Below are positions 12,319 to 25,300 of a DNA stretch of 64,000 nt, piece after piece; the first letter of the stretch is position 1; each line of letters opens with the position of its first letter. The translations under genes were made by a program, and so were the position numbers. Below the pieces are notes generated by a model that searched no databases, was not told the origin of the DNA, and saw nothing but the letters and a program-made list of their open reading frames with translations. The DNA lies in assembly GCA_964035545.1 (NCBI GenBank), contig OZ037771.1, positions 4,909,628 through 4,973,627 of the forward strand. The letters are read 5' to 3'. Source of the stretch: Bugula neritina (taxonomy: Eukaryota; Animalia; Bryozoa).

Positions 12319-13785
12319 AAGCGGCCTTTCAGTTTTATCATATTTTCTCCATCCCTTAAGTATTGCACCACATCATATAGCTACTCAGTACCGTAACCCT
12401 ATGTTGGCAGTTATGCACAAATGTAGGTGCTCAAAGTCACTTATTTTTCTAATGTTGTTTCTGAGTTGTATCCTCTTGTTGAAGTCCATATCACTGAAGT
12501 CTATTGATAGCCGAGTATGTCAATGTGATCAGACCTCAGCTGTGTGAGTTTTCCCTGTCACTCATTCCCTTTATATTATGCACTATGAAGTAACATTAGG
12601 AGCAGAAAATGATCAAGTACCGGCTGAGTATGACTTGATCACCAATGAAATTAAATATTCTTGCTTGTTTATGACTTTTAATCAAGTCAATAGTTGATTT
12701 TCTGCAGTTCCGTTTTCTGCAGTTTTATTTGAGTATTTGACGGCAAAGCGAGTATTAATTTATTTTTCTTTTAAACATTTTTGTGTATATTTTTAAATAT
12801 CACTTATTTTTGAGTTTTTTTACTTTTTTAACCCAAGACTCATGGTTTTTTGCAATGTAACTTTTTTGATATTGTAAGCAGTTTCACCCTGTCCAGTGTA
12901 GTGTGTCACTGTTGTTTATTGTGTTGCACATGGATGTTGTTCATGCATTTGTGCTAAATAAATAATAAACCTACAAAATAATCAATTAGGAGTTGTCTTA
13001 TCAAAACTATAATTTTTCTCTAAATATCGATTGCTTGCTGTTTCACCATCACAGTTTTTCACAGAAGCACATATCAATCTAAAAAAAGTTTATATTATGA
13101 TAATTTATTGGTGAGAAATTTGTGCTACAGGCATCAGAAATATACTTGGTAACTGTTTAATATAGTTGTCCTACTACCAAACTGGCCAAATGCCAAGATG
13201 GTCAGCATAATTTCAGGCTCTCAGCCAACAGTTCCTAACCTTTTGAAACGAAAGTGTGCACATTTTTTATGCCTTATCTAAAACCAAAAACTTTGACCAT
13301 TCAAAGCTTACAATATCTTATACCATCAAATAGTGATATGAATTAAACATTAGTGTGTTGGAAACATTTTGTTCCATGCACTAAGCTATTCTAGTCTAGG
13401 AAGAATATTGTTTTAGGATTTTTATGCAGACTATAACTTGGGCAGTTGGTGTGTTTTAATATTGGAAGCATAGTTACATTTTATTTTAATTAAGAGTAAA
13501 TTTAGTCACCAACACTCTACAAGATTTGAGCCAGCAGCTTAGCAAAAAAGTGTGTTCGACTATAGGCAGCAATCTGTCCATTAAGCAATGGATGCTGCCA
13601 GCTGCAATATTATTGTAGACTAGAATTAAAGATTTAAAGTAGTTTTAGTTTACATACAGCATCAATCTGCAGATTAAGTACAACTTTTTCAACAATCTAA
13701 TGAAGTACATAGTGATGTGCACAGATGCCATTAGTTTATACGCATGTTTTTCAGGTTGGGTAGAAACTATATGACATTCTGTTCA

Positions 13786-13901
13786 TGTGTGTGCTGTGTG
13801 CTGTGTGTGTGCATGCGTGTGTGTGTGCGTGTGCTGTGTGTGTGCGTGTGTGTGTGTGTGTGTGTGCTGTGCGTGTGCGCGTACGTGTGCGTGTGTGTGC
13901 G
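13786..13901. repeat. Imperfect (TG)n microsatellite
   Basis: Direct inspection. Confidence 0.9.
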
Positions 13902-14964
13902 CCATGTTGTTGTGGGTCAGCATGCTCTCACATGTGACACAGTCGCCAACTGCGACAGGGCCTAGATGTGCTGCCAATTAATAATTCATAGTGTGTGTAC
14001 AGAGATATTATACATTGAGTGTCGATATGTATAAACAGTGGTAGTGTATATTACGTTGGTGTTTGATGTTTAATGGTAGTTGGTATTTTTTAAGATCTAG
14101 ATCACATAGCCTATTATCTCCTCTTTATCGAGTAGGCAAACACTGTCATGACACTAATACTTCTTAGTCTATCATCAAAAGGATATAAGGCAAGTTGGAA
14201 TCAATCAATGGAGCTGTTAACATTATTAATTAAATTAGAACATAATTAATATTCAATATGTTATCAAGGAGTTACAGGCAAAGGTCTATTATGTAGTAGT
14301 ATTGTGGCTCTTAAGACCATGCAGTGACTAAGCAATGCACTAAGAAAAATGTTTGTCATAGACCATAGCATTTATGTATTTATTCAAATACTGCAACATG
14401 TAGTTAGTGTGTATATTGCTGTTTCTAAAACTTCTACACAAAAATTTAAAAAGTTGTTAACTTAGTCAGTTTGAAGATTTGCACTTAAAAGCTCATAAAC
14501 TTGTGCAATTTTCATGGTTGCATAAGTTTATCTGAACATATTGCATAGTTGAGCCTTTTTTGGTAGTTTGCAGGTATAATTTATATTTGAAAGGAATTGA
14601 CAGGTAAATGTAGTTTGAGTCAATGCACTTCGTTCAAGGTCATTAACAAAGAATCTGCACGAAAAATGCGGATTAATGAAACATTGATGATAATTAAGTT
14701 TGGTCACAAAATTAAAAATAATAGCCCATTAGATTTGACTTATTTAGCTAAACATTTAACAATAATTTAAAAGCTTTAGTCTCAAAGAATAGCCTCTGAT
14801 ACTATATGATATTATGCAGGCCTATAACTTGTCAAACTGGGATGTCATTTTACAGTTACCTCTTGGAATAACAAATGATTTTTTATCATATTCCAATGTA
14901 TATGTAGCTTGTGCATCTCCATGATATAGACTAATAGCACAGAGATGCAACAATCCTGACCATG

Positions 14965-15040
14965 GACATATTGCCCACAGACATATCGCCTACTGACATA
15001 TCGCCCACAGACATATCGCCCACTGACATATTGCCCACTG
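14965..15040. repeat. 15-bp tandem repeat GACATATCGCCCACW, 5 copies
   Basis: Direct inspection; produces the MSVGD pseudo-ORF on the minus strand. Confidence 0.85.
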
Positions 15041-18000
15041 AAACTGGTAACCTAGGGCTATACACCATCATATCTCCTTCATTTACTCTAATATAATTAT
15101 GTAATGGACACGATAATTGCATCACCAACCCTGGAGTAGAACAGGAAAATACAGTATCTTTCTAGGCACTTTAAAATATTAATTATTTGGGATAGAAGTG
15201 CAGCTGTGACTACTCATTTTACTAAAGGTTATGTGTGTAAATTTATCTCAGTGTTGAGAGGTTGTATCTTAATTGTGTATGATATATGTGATACTTTCAG
15301 AGCAGGTGTAAAGGGTAAGGGAATGCACAGTGCAACGATTTGCAGTAACTCTAAATTTGTAAAGTAAATTGTGCTACAAATAATATAATGATATAAATCA
15401 TTGCAATAATACCTATTGCATTCTAAAGATGATACAAGGAATTGGGCTATGCAATTTACTCCTTGTTTTCATAAAAAAAAATTACCATAATCCTTGTAAT
15501 CTTATTCAAAATAATATTATTAAAGGAAGGACTACTAAGAGCCAACGTATGACATTAACTGGACGGATATTGTGAATGAAAGCACCATCTTTTGTCTCTG
15601 CCGGTTAAGCTATACACTTACCAGTTTATTATTTAATTAGGAAATTTTACTGCAGAAGTAATTCAATGACATGCCTCTAGACTTCTTACCTCCCTTGTCA
15701 AACATGCATAGTTGCCTTGACTTACTCTTTAGTATTATAAGTAAGTTACTGCCTTGCAAAGAGCAGATCGAGGCATAAACTTAGTTATCTGCCTCAACGC
15801 CAGTTATTGAATTTTCTTCAGCTTGGCGGACAGTATTTGTCACGCGTTAGATTGGCAGCCAAATAATATTTCGCATGTAGGTTTGCTGAGAAAATGGTTA
15901 CATTATGATGTATAAAGAGATATTGAAAATCGTTTCATATTAAAGACCACTTATGGTTATTTCACTGGGATAACAACATAATAATTCAGTAATTGATATT
16001 CATGTAAAGAGCAGGAAAGCTCTAACTGGACAAAAGTCTAGTGTATAGGCTACAGGTCGTTTTGTTTTTCATTCTGATTTGATTTATATTGGAAAACTTT
16101 CTAAAGAGAGTCGAGTCTTAAAAGCTGTATAACTGTAGGCATTTAAGAGATATGAAAAAGATATATAATATCAATACAACTTGAAACTCACTGAAAGAGT
16201 TTCATCTAATCTTGTAGTCTGTGGGCAAATGCATGTTTTGTAAATAGTGTGATGTTGCTTTTGCTGAATCAGCATCTCTTGGTTATTGGAATATTTAAAA
16301 ATAAATCTTCAAAGTTTTTAATAATATTTTCAGTGTTTAGGCTACCAGGATAATTCGACATCACGTGTTACGTTTGATGTAAGCTCATTGCACACACGGT
16401 AGGACCTCGGCATTTATCTTACAATGCCAATTTGCTTTTAAATATTGCCATGTTATACTTTCAAGAAAGGCTTGTCAGTAATTTTAAACATACAATTAGC
16501 TACAACGCTACATCAGAAATCGGCTGATTAAAAGCCAAAGTTGATGGTGATACATAACAATAATATATAATGTATATATAAAACTCTCTAGTTGACAGGC
16601 CTTTTCGTTCATTTCACTTATGACAACTTGCTACAGGTCTGCAAGTGGTATTATTCACCTTAAAGGTGCAGTAGTGGAGAAATGTTTAGTGGAGTGGAGT
16701 AGCTTGTGTGTTTTAGTTTTCTTAACAAATTTAGGTTTAGGGCAAAGGGGTTGAAATCAATGAACTGGATATTATTTCTAGTTCAGGGGTTAAAGTTAAC
16801 GAAAGAGCACAACTTCTTTTGGTAAATTCTAATCTAGAACACAGGTTTTTCTCAGATTATTACTGAAACTACCTTTATTATTCACATGCCATTTCTGTTA
16901 TAACCCCAGTCTTAGTGGGGTAACAGCAAAACAGTCAGGGTTGGGTGGGGCTACTGTTTAACCATTAGTTTGGTATAAACAGCTATTGTGTCATATTAGT
17001 TTTAAACTGTATGAGTTTACCAATAGGTGCAAGTGCTAAGCAAATGCTAATATGTTTATGCTATTGGGCAAGAAATGAAAGAAAAGATTTCTATTTCAGT
17101 GCTAATGGGCTTAAATGATATCATTTCATAACTATGCCACTGCAGCTCAACAATCAATTAAGTAATCCCGGCATATTTTGACCAATGCAGGCAAACATCT
17201 ATACACAAACATATTATTATGTTATTGTTGAAAAGATGTGACCCTAAATTAGCTCATTAATCAATAGACCTCATCAAGACAGCATTACTCGCTGCCCTCT
17301 CTACCAATAGCTTTCTTCAGGCATCCTAGTGTGTGGCTTGGCTAGAACTGATACTAAGTCATATTGATTTCTATTCAATTCAATTGAAAGCCTGTAATTT
17401 CTCTGTAGTTATGGTGTGGAGAAGCATCAGGGCGGTCGAGCAAGCTAAGCTGCCGAGAGAGAAATTATATGCTGACTATAATGTAGAAGAGACTGTCACT
17501 GCTTTATTGTAGAATAAGGTAAAGCTATATACTATATAACAAATAATAAATTAGAGTCAAGTGAAGAAAACAAAAGGAATTCAGAAATATTATTAACATT
17601 TTATTATTGTTCAATGCTTGGTAGAGGCTTGAGTTTGGGGTAAACATCCTGAGTAAAGTTAACATAATTCATAAGTAACATACAATATAAAATAAGTTAA
17701 AAAAGAATTTAATACATTAAAAGTGGAAGGGTGTTTAAGGCAATTAATTAACTTAGAATAAGGAACCATTATATTTTATATTCTTGGAAACTTGGGTCAT
17801 CACCAAATATTCAGTGCAGATGCATATTGTGAGCCTTGTGTAAGAGCTGAAGCTGTAACCTCTATAACGTAATACATAATAGGCCTTCTTTACATGGCAC
17901 TTGGGCATGTACTAAGTTATTGGATATCAATACTAATATATTAATGCTTCTTACTTCTAAACACCATAAATAATAAGAGCTGGTAGCAAAAGTTCATTTC

Positions 18001-21000
18001 AGAAGTTCTATGTTATCCACAACAGTATTGACTTTAGATGCTTTGCACGGTTTCCCAGCTTCATAACTGGGCCTAGCTTGAAAAATAGTGTTGGATATTC
18101 ATTTACTTTGGAAATAGCTTTTATTAATATCTATAATGTCTATATGGAAAATTAATTAATTTAGTTAGTTAATTACCTTGTCAGTAACTATAATTAGTTG
18201 TTTGGGAGAAAAGTGGTTAACTACAAACTAATATCAGTGGAGGATGGATATACAGATTTGTTGGTTTGGAATGGTGTTTAATAGTCTATGGCCTATACTC
18301 TTTATAATCAAAAGACAAGGGATATAAATTCAATATGAGAAATAAAGCATAGCCACGATTTTACATACATGGATATTGTGTTGATGCGCACAGTTGTGTA
18401 TATATAATAATTAAGTGAACTCTATCTGTATGTTATGTCACACATCATGGGTAGCTCAGTTTCCAAAAGAGCCGTGCAGGGTGGCGGCCATGTTAACCAA
18501 AGAGTCAAAGCACTGAAAAGTTTGTTAATGTATTTATAGTGTATTCAATGACTATTAATAGTCAAATAAATGGGTGATATTGTTATATTGCAGTACGAAT
18601 TTTTCAGTTGAACGCATCACGTTAAAACAGCTTCAATGAGAAGATAAATTCTTATTGTAATCTGTGAATCAATATCCGATATTTCTTTTATGCTTTACAC
18701 AAGTTAAACATCTTACAGCAATGAAATACTTAGCAATAGTCTTAATAGTTGTGTAGAGAGGCTATAGAAATCTCCCTGGCTAATAATGCCAATACTCATA
18801 TGAAATTATAGCACAGTTCCTTGTTTAAGATTTATTACTCTTGAGTGAAAAAAAATAAAACAGAAAAAATGCATATTGAGTTGCAAGGTTTAAGTTTGAA
18901 AAGAATCTAATTTGCAAATATTCATTGATATACCAATCAATTTTGAGGTGTTAGTCATGGGACCAAATTGAAAATGTACTCCAAAGTCGGCCTGCAATTC
19001 ACTTATATATAATATTGCTGCTAACTTTTCAAACTTTGGTTACTGATTCTTTGTAACTCCTATAGACAGAGAAGGGGGATGTGAAGGGGGATGAGTTGGA
19101 GGGGAGAAAATCTTCAAGAGATACCGAATATAATTAAGCAATTAACTATTCATTGAGTGACTTCCACTGGTTATTCTACACCAATTATAATCTACCATAC
19201 ATTATCCTGGTTGTTATCGTGTGCCATAACAGGCCAAACACGTAGTATGAAGCTTGTATCTAACCCTCCATACTACGCTGGACTAGTAATGTCTTCTATT
19301 TATAGAACTTAATGCCAAATCTGCCACAATTAGCTAATAGGATATATTAGCAGCAAGATCAATATCTTATTCAGGAGTTGTCCCTATCCAGTTAGTTCAG
19401 AAAAAATGTTGCTAATTCACACTGTCATGATTCGTAAGCTTTTAAATTGATTACATGATGGTGGCTTTACACTACATGCAGACAGTTAATATTCTTAGCT
19501 TTCACATTACTTTGCTAAATAATGTTGATTATAGATTTAATATACGTCACTCTATGTACATTCTAGACACCGTGCAACATGTGTATAGTAATACTATAAG
19601 AACAATGCATCAGTAGATCACCTCATAATAATATATAGAAAAAGAATGTCGTATATACCTGTATTTAACATCACGCGTTATACAGTTCTTTAAATAAAAT
19701 GCAATAGTTTTATTGTTATTACAACTTTGTAAAATTATTTCAAACAACATTTTCGACAAAGATATGTGAGCTAGTTGCCATTGTTTACTCTTTATTTTTG
19801 ATCAACTCAAATTGAGTGTAAGAAATCCGTTCATGCTGATTAAGCAAGCCAATGGAATGCTTATTGCTGGTAATAAGTTGACATTAAGTCATTGTAAATC
19901 GAAGGAGTTAGGAGCATTGAGTTCACAGTGTGTCACCCAAATAGGAAGTCTATAAGCATCATAAGGCATATAAAGGTCAAACACTTTGAAACCTGGTAGG
20001 TCTGCTATGTTTATGCACTTTTTATGCTAGCCTTAGTAACTATAGGCACTTAAGATTCATTTACCCGGGTGCATCCTTACCCTGCCTTGCTTGACTTTGA
20101 GACTACGAGAAAAAATTAGGACTTTACAAAATTGCGATATGTGCAGGTGTACACAAAACCTTCGTTTTTTGAGAGGCTTTAAAGTACATAAATGAGTAAG
20201 TTTCATAAATGACAAAGAATATTAAATAATTGTAAAGCTTTTTATTTCCTGTGTAAAGATAGCCTCTGGTCCAGAGGGATGAGAATGATAAGAAATGGAG
20301 CGTGTTAGCCCGCAAGGTTTCGTTCTTTTGAACACAAAGAACTTAGACTACATTGCTGAGTGTTAGCTGACAGTGTCTCCACCCTCCCCCCCCCCCCCCC
20401 CCCCCGTAATCCTCCTCCCACATTTACAGTTCTAATAGCCTGGGAGCATTTCTTTCTGGCTCAGGTCTATCAAGGGTAGTTGCACTATGACAATCTATAT
20501 AGTGATACGTGTTGTGGACTTTTGCTAAATTTACTATAATAATTAAAGCAAAGTAACTGCAGGGTATAGTGAGAGCAGAAAATGTTATGAGTGAGATCAC
20601 CCAACATATTTGTCAAGTACATGTTTAGTTAAAATCTGCTTTAAATTTTCTTGCATTTTTATATAACATGTTAGATAATTGCCAACAGTTCACTCAATTG
20701 CCATTAGCATCTAAAGCAAGTGGTCACTCGTATTGGATAGATACAGATGTACGGCTGCTAAATTAGAATACAGTATCTTTAGTTATTAAAATAACATTCT
20801 ACCTAACGTAGCACAGCATTTCATCTACTATCATTACGCCTCCGAAATACCTACCACAGGTAAGATTAATACTTCAATAGTAATAAATAAGAATTTTCCT
20901 GTTTTCAGACACAATATAAAAAAACACTGAGTGTTTCTTATAGCCTTTCATTAAAATGGTTGTAGGTTACTTCTTATTCTAAAGATTCTTAGTCTAAATA

Positions 21001-21190
21001 TAAATTTTGAATGTGTTTTATTTATTTTGAATGACATTACATTTTGTAACACAACACAAAAAGTTTGTATACAAATGGTAACAAATCAACGAGACCGGCA
21101 GTGGGTGCCTTTTTAGTGTAAGCAAATTAATAGATAGGAAATGTCTGTCTATAGTTTCGAGTCATACCAAGGCTAAAGCATGCAACATTA

Positions 21191-21555
<365 letters not shown>

Positions 21556-22385
21556 ATTTTTAATAAATCATTGCAAAACTAATTTAGCTCAGAGCCGCGC
21601 TGACTGTATATATTTCCACAGAAACATAAAATGTATATAATGTACAACATGCAAAAAAGTTTCTTGCATAATGTGGAGAATCAATCAGTAAAAAGAAATT
21701 GTTTTTAACAAAGTTTCTTTCATGCTATATTTAGCTTTTGACAACCCCTAGAAATATGAGCCCGAAAATTGTGGCTTTTTGCAATAATATACTTATAATT
21801 TGATTTTAGCACTAAGGGAAAATATTTGTCTAAGGTAAAATGTAAGCATATGCTATAGAATGGCATTGGATTACAGTTGAGAAGGTTGCGATTGCATCAA
21901 CAATTATGTGTTTTTATAAATGCATATCATGCAGCTGTTCACATGTGACTTTCAATAGAACTTGACATTTTATTATAAACTCCAACAAAAAATAATCAAG
22001 TGGCAATGCAAGTTATAGCATTGTAGCGCTTCAGGCTATTGAACGTATTGGCTATAGACAATATAGTATTTGGAAGGTGCTAGTGGCTAATACTAGACAC
22101 CATGATATGGTAGAGTGTAAATTTAACCAATATTTATATTTGTAAGGATTTTCTACTTTTACCCAATAGAAATTACTATTTCTGTTACTACCATGACTGC
22201 AACTGCCTCTACTACTGCTACTGCTACTGCTACTACTACTGCTACTAATACTTTTACTACTGCTGCCACTACTAGTTTTGACACTACTGCAAAAGCGCTG
22301 CCTATAACAAACTGAATTTAGAGCAAGCACATTCTGAAGCTGTCTTACTCACTTTTTATTGTTATTCTTAGACTAGGGAGACACC

Positions 22386-25300
22386 ATGGATTGGTTGAGT
22401 TACTGTGCATTGTGGGTTTTCTACTTCATGGTAGTGACAGTAGGTTCTACTGAAGACTTTACCAGACGTCGACTTCACAAAGGATGGGTCACTGGTAACC
22501 GTCACAGTGTTCTCGATGGTATTATTGGTAGGTACAAGTACTAGCTGCGTCTATATAAATGCATAGATATCCTAAAAAATTGCGTTGTGTTGCGTTTCGA
22601 AGTTAATCGCCATTAATAGCTTTATGATTGCCTCGATAAAATGGTAAAACTTACAGAGTGATTTTGCTTACTGTGTTTGAAAGATATTCACTTAAAAAAG
22701 TTTTGCCAATGTGTTTGGTGATTGATGTTTTAGTGCATGAGTACCTAGGTATCCCAATGGGCAAACCACCAATAGGGAACAGAAGGTTCAGGAAACCAGA
22801 GCCAGTGGACCCTTGGATGGGACAGTACAATGCCAGCAAGCGATCAAATGCTTGCATCAACTTCAAAGATATTCAATTTGGAGGTATGCATAAACAAATG
22901 AAAATAAATACAAGAAGTATTTTACTACAATCAAGTGAATACTATATTTAAAAAACATAGTGCCTTGCAATATAATATGTGCTATGACTACAAATCTAAG
23001 GAGATTTATTTAAATTTTAAGTTGGATATATTTTGAAAACCCCATAGTCTTTTCTGTTTGGTGCAATATGAAAATAACAATACACAGCATTTTGCAGTTT
23101 CTAGCAGTAGACAAAAAAGTACAGCACAGCATTATAATGCTTGTTTCTTGTATGCCTATTTTAGACTTTTATGGGTCGGATGTCTGGAATCCAGAAGAAC
23201 CCAGGAGTGAGGACTGCTTATACATAAATGCTTGGATTCCAAACCCAGGAGAGATGACAGAGAAAAAAGCCATCATGGTTTGGATATATGGCGGCGGATT
23301 TTATAGCGGCAGTTCAACCTTGGACATATATGACGGTCGTTATTTGGCAGCTAGCCAAAATGTCATCGTAGTCTCCATGCAGTATAGATTAGGAATCCTT
23401 GGATTTCTAAACTTGGAAAGCGAAGAGGCTCCTGGAAACATGGCGCTGTTTGATCAGCTAATGGGTCTGCAGTGGGTACAGGACAATGCAGAGTACTTAT
23501 ATGGCGATAAAAACAACGTCACTATTATGGGGGAGAGCGCTGGCTCGGTTTCTGTAAGTCTCCATCTGATATCGGCCAAGAGCAGAAACCTCTTTAACAG
23601 GGCTATTCTACAAAGTGGTGCAGCAACAGCAAATTGGGCTTTAATGACTGTTGAAAGCTCATGGTACAGGTTAAATAAGACAATTTATAGTAAAGACATT
23701 GGGTGCTCAACCATCACCACCCACGTGCCCACTCTGATGAAGTGCCTGCGCTCCGTGCCCGCTGGTGTTCTGTTTGACTATTCATGGGCTCCGTCAGGAA
23801 TTGCTCAGTTCAGCTGGCTACCGTCTGTTGACCATGACTTTCTAACTGAGCTACCAGAAACGTCTCTCCGTAAAGGAAACTTTAAACGATGCCCAATTCT
23901 GATTGGTTCAAATGCTAATGAGGGATCATCATTTCTGGTTTATGAATTTTATTATCAAGGCTTTGGGCCAATTTTCAAGAGCAAAGAAATAAACTTTACC
24001 ATTCCCCATTCTCGTTTTGTGAATGACATAAATCGGGCATTTAGGTATTACCCACAGTGGCCAACAAGCATGAATCAATTCGGAAAGGACGCAATAGCTT
24101 TCCGATATACCGATTGGCGAAACAAAGATGATAGTCTATTAAATCGACACAATATTGACTTATCAGTTGGAGACTACCACTTCCTCTGTCCAACCAATGC
24201 TTTCTCCCAATACTTTGTCAATGTCGGATTGCCCGTCTACTACTATTATTTCACGCATCGCTCGACGAGAAACCCTTGGGGCAAGTGGATGGGGGTGATG
24301 CATGGTGATGAAATATTCTTCACTTTTGGATTACCAATCAGACCTGATTCCCAGTACACAGAAGACGAGAAACTTCTCAGTATGCATATGATGCAGCTCT
24401 GGTCTAACTTCTCTAAAACCGGGTAAGCTAGGTTTAGCTAGCGAACAAAGTTTATCTTGTAATATTAAAGGTTTGCTAAAGCACTTATAAACTTTTGATA
24501 TATGATGAATTACTTAGAGATTTGTAGTACAAATTGATGTCTATTGGGATAGAAACTACTAATGGTTATCTACATGCATATAATCCTTAATAGAATGCTA
24601 TCTTTTATTGCGCACTTAGATGTACCTCCAATGTTGCATGCATGAACTTAACACACTAAGTTATATACTATTATACAGTATATATAATGCTGTATACTTG
24701 TCTGTATATAATTAGGATATATCTGTTACTGTAACTGTCAATCTGTCTTGTTTATATCTCGAATTCCTAACAGCCATGCTACATATCTGCTAGTTGAGCT
24801 AATTGATAGCTTCAACTTTACTCTGAACATCTCAATAATAATAGAATGTATACTAATATTTGCAGCTGCATTCCGTACCTTCATTTGTATGTCAGAAAGT
24901 AGAGTATTATTAGCTCAATCAATCTCAATTGCAAGAGTTAGCAAGGCTGTGAAGAAATTGAGAAAAGCCTGTTTTATAAATGAGCAATAACAAGTCATAT
25001 TTTTGCTAGGAAGTTAATTGTTGCCCTGAAGTCTAAACTAACATTCTTACAAATAGGTAATTGAATAAACTAGACTAGAATTTCTTTGTCATAGCCTGAG
25101 GTTTTTTTTCGTTGTTCCTGTGTCATGCTTGGGCTCCTAGAAACAGCCCAAACTCTGGTATGTCTGCTAGCAAGTAAACTGAATGCTCATATGTTCTATC
25201 GGGATAATGCAGTTATACTAACAAATATGTTTTAAAACAATTTTAAACTGCAGAATCTAAATTCTAAACCTATTGGGTCACAGCAATATAGTAGCAAGAT

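Noticed and set aside
20381-20420. Poly-C tract as a regulatory G-quadruplex
   Set aside because: Simple homopolymer with no supporting context.
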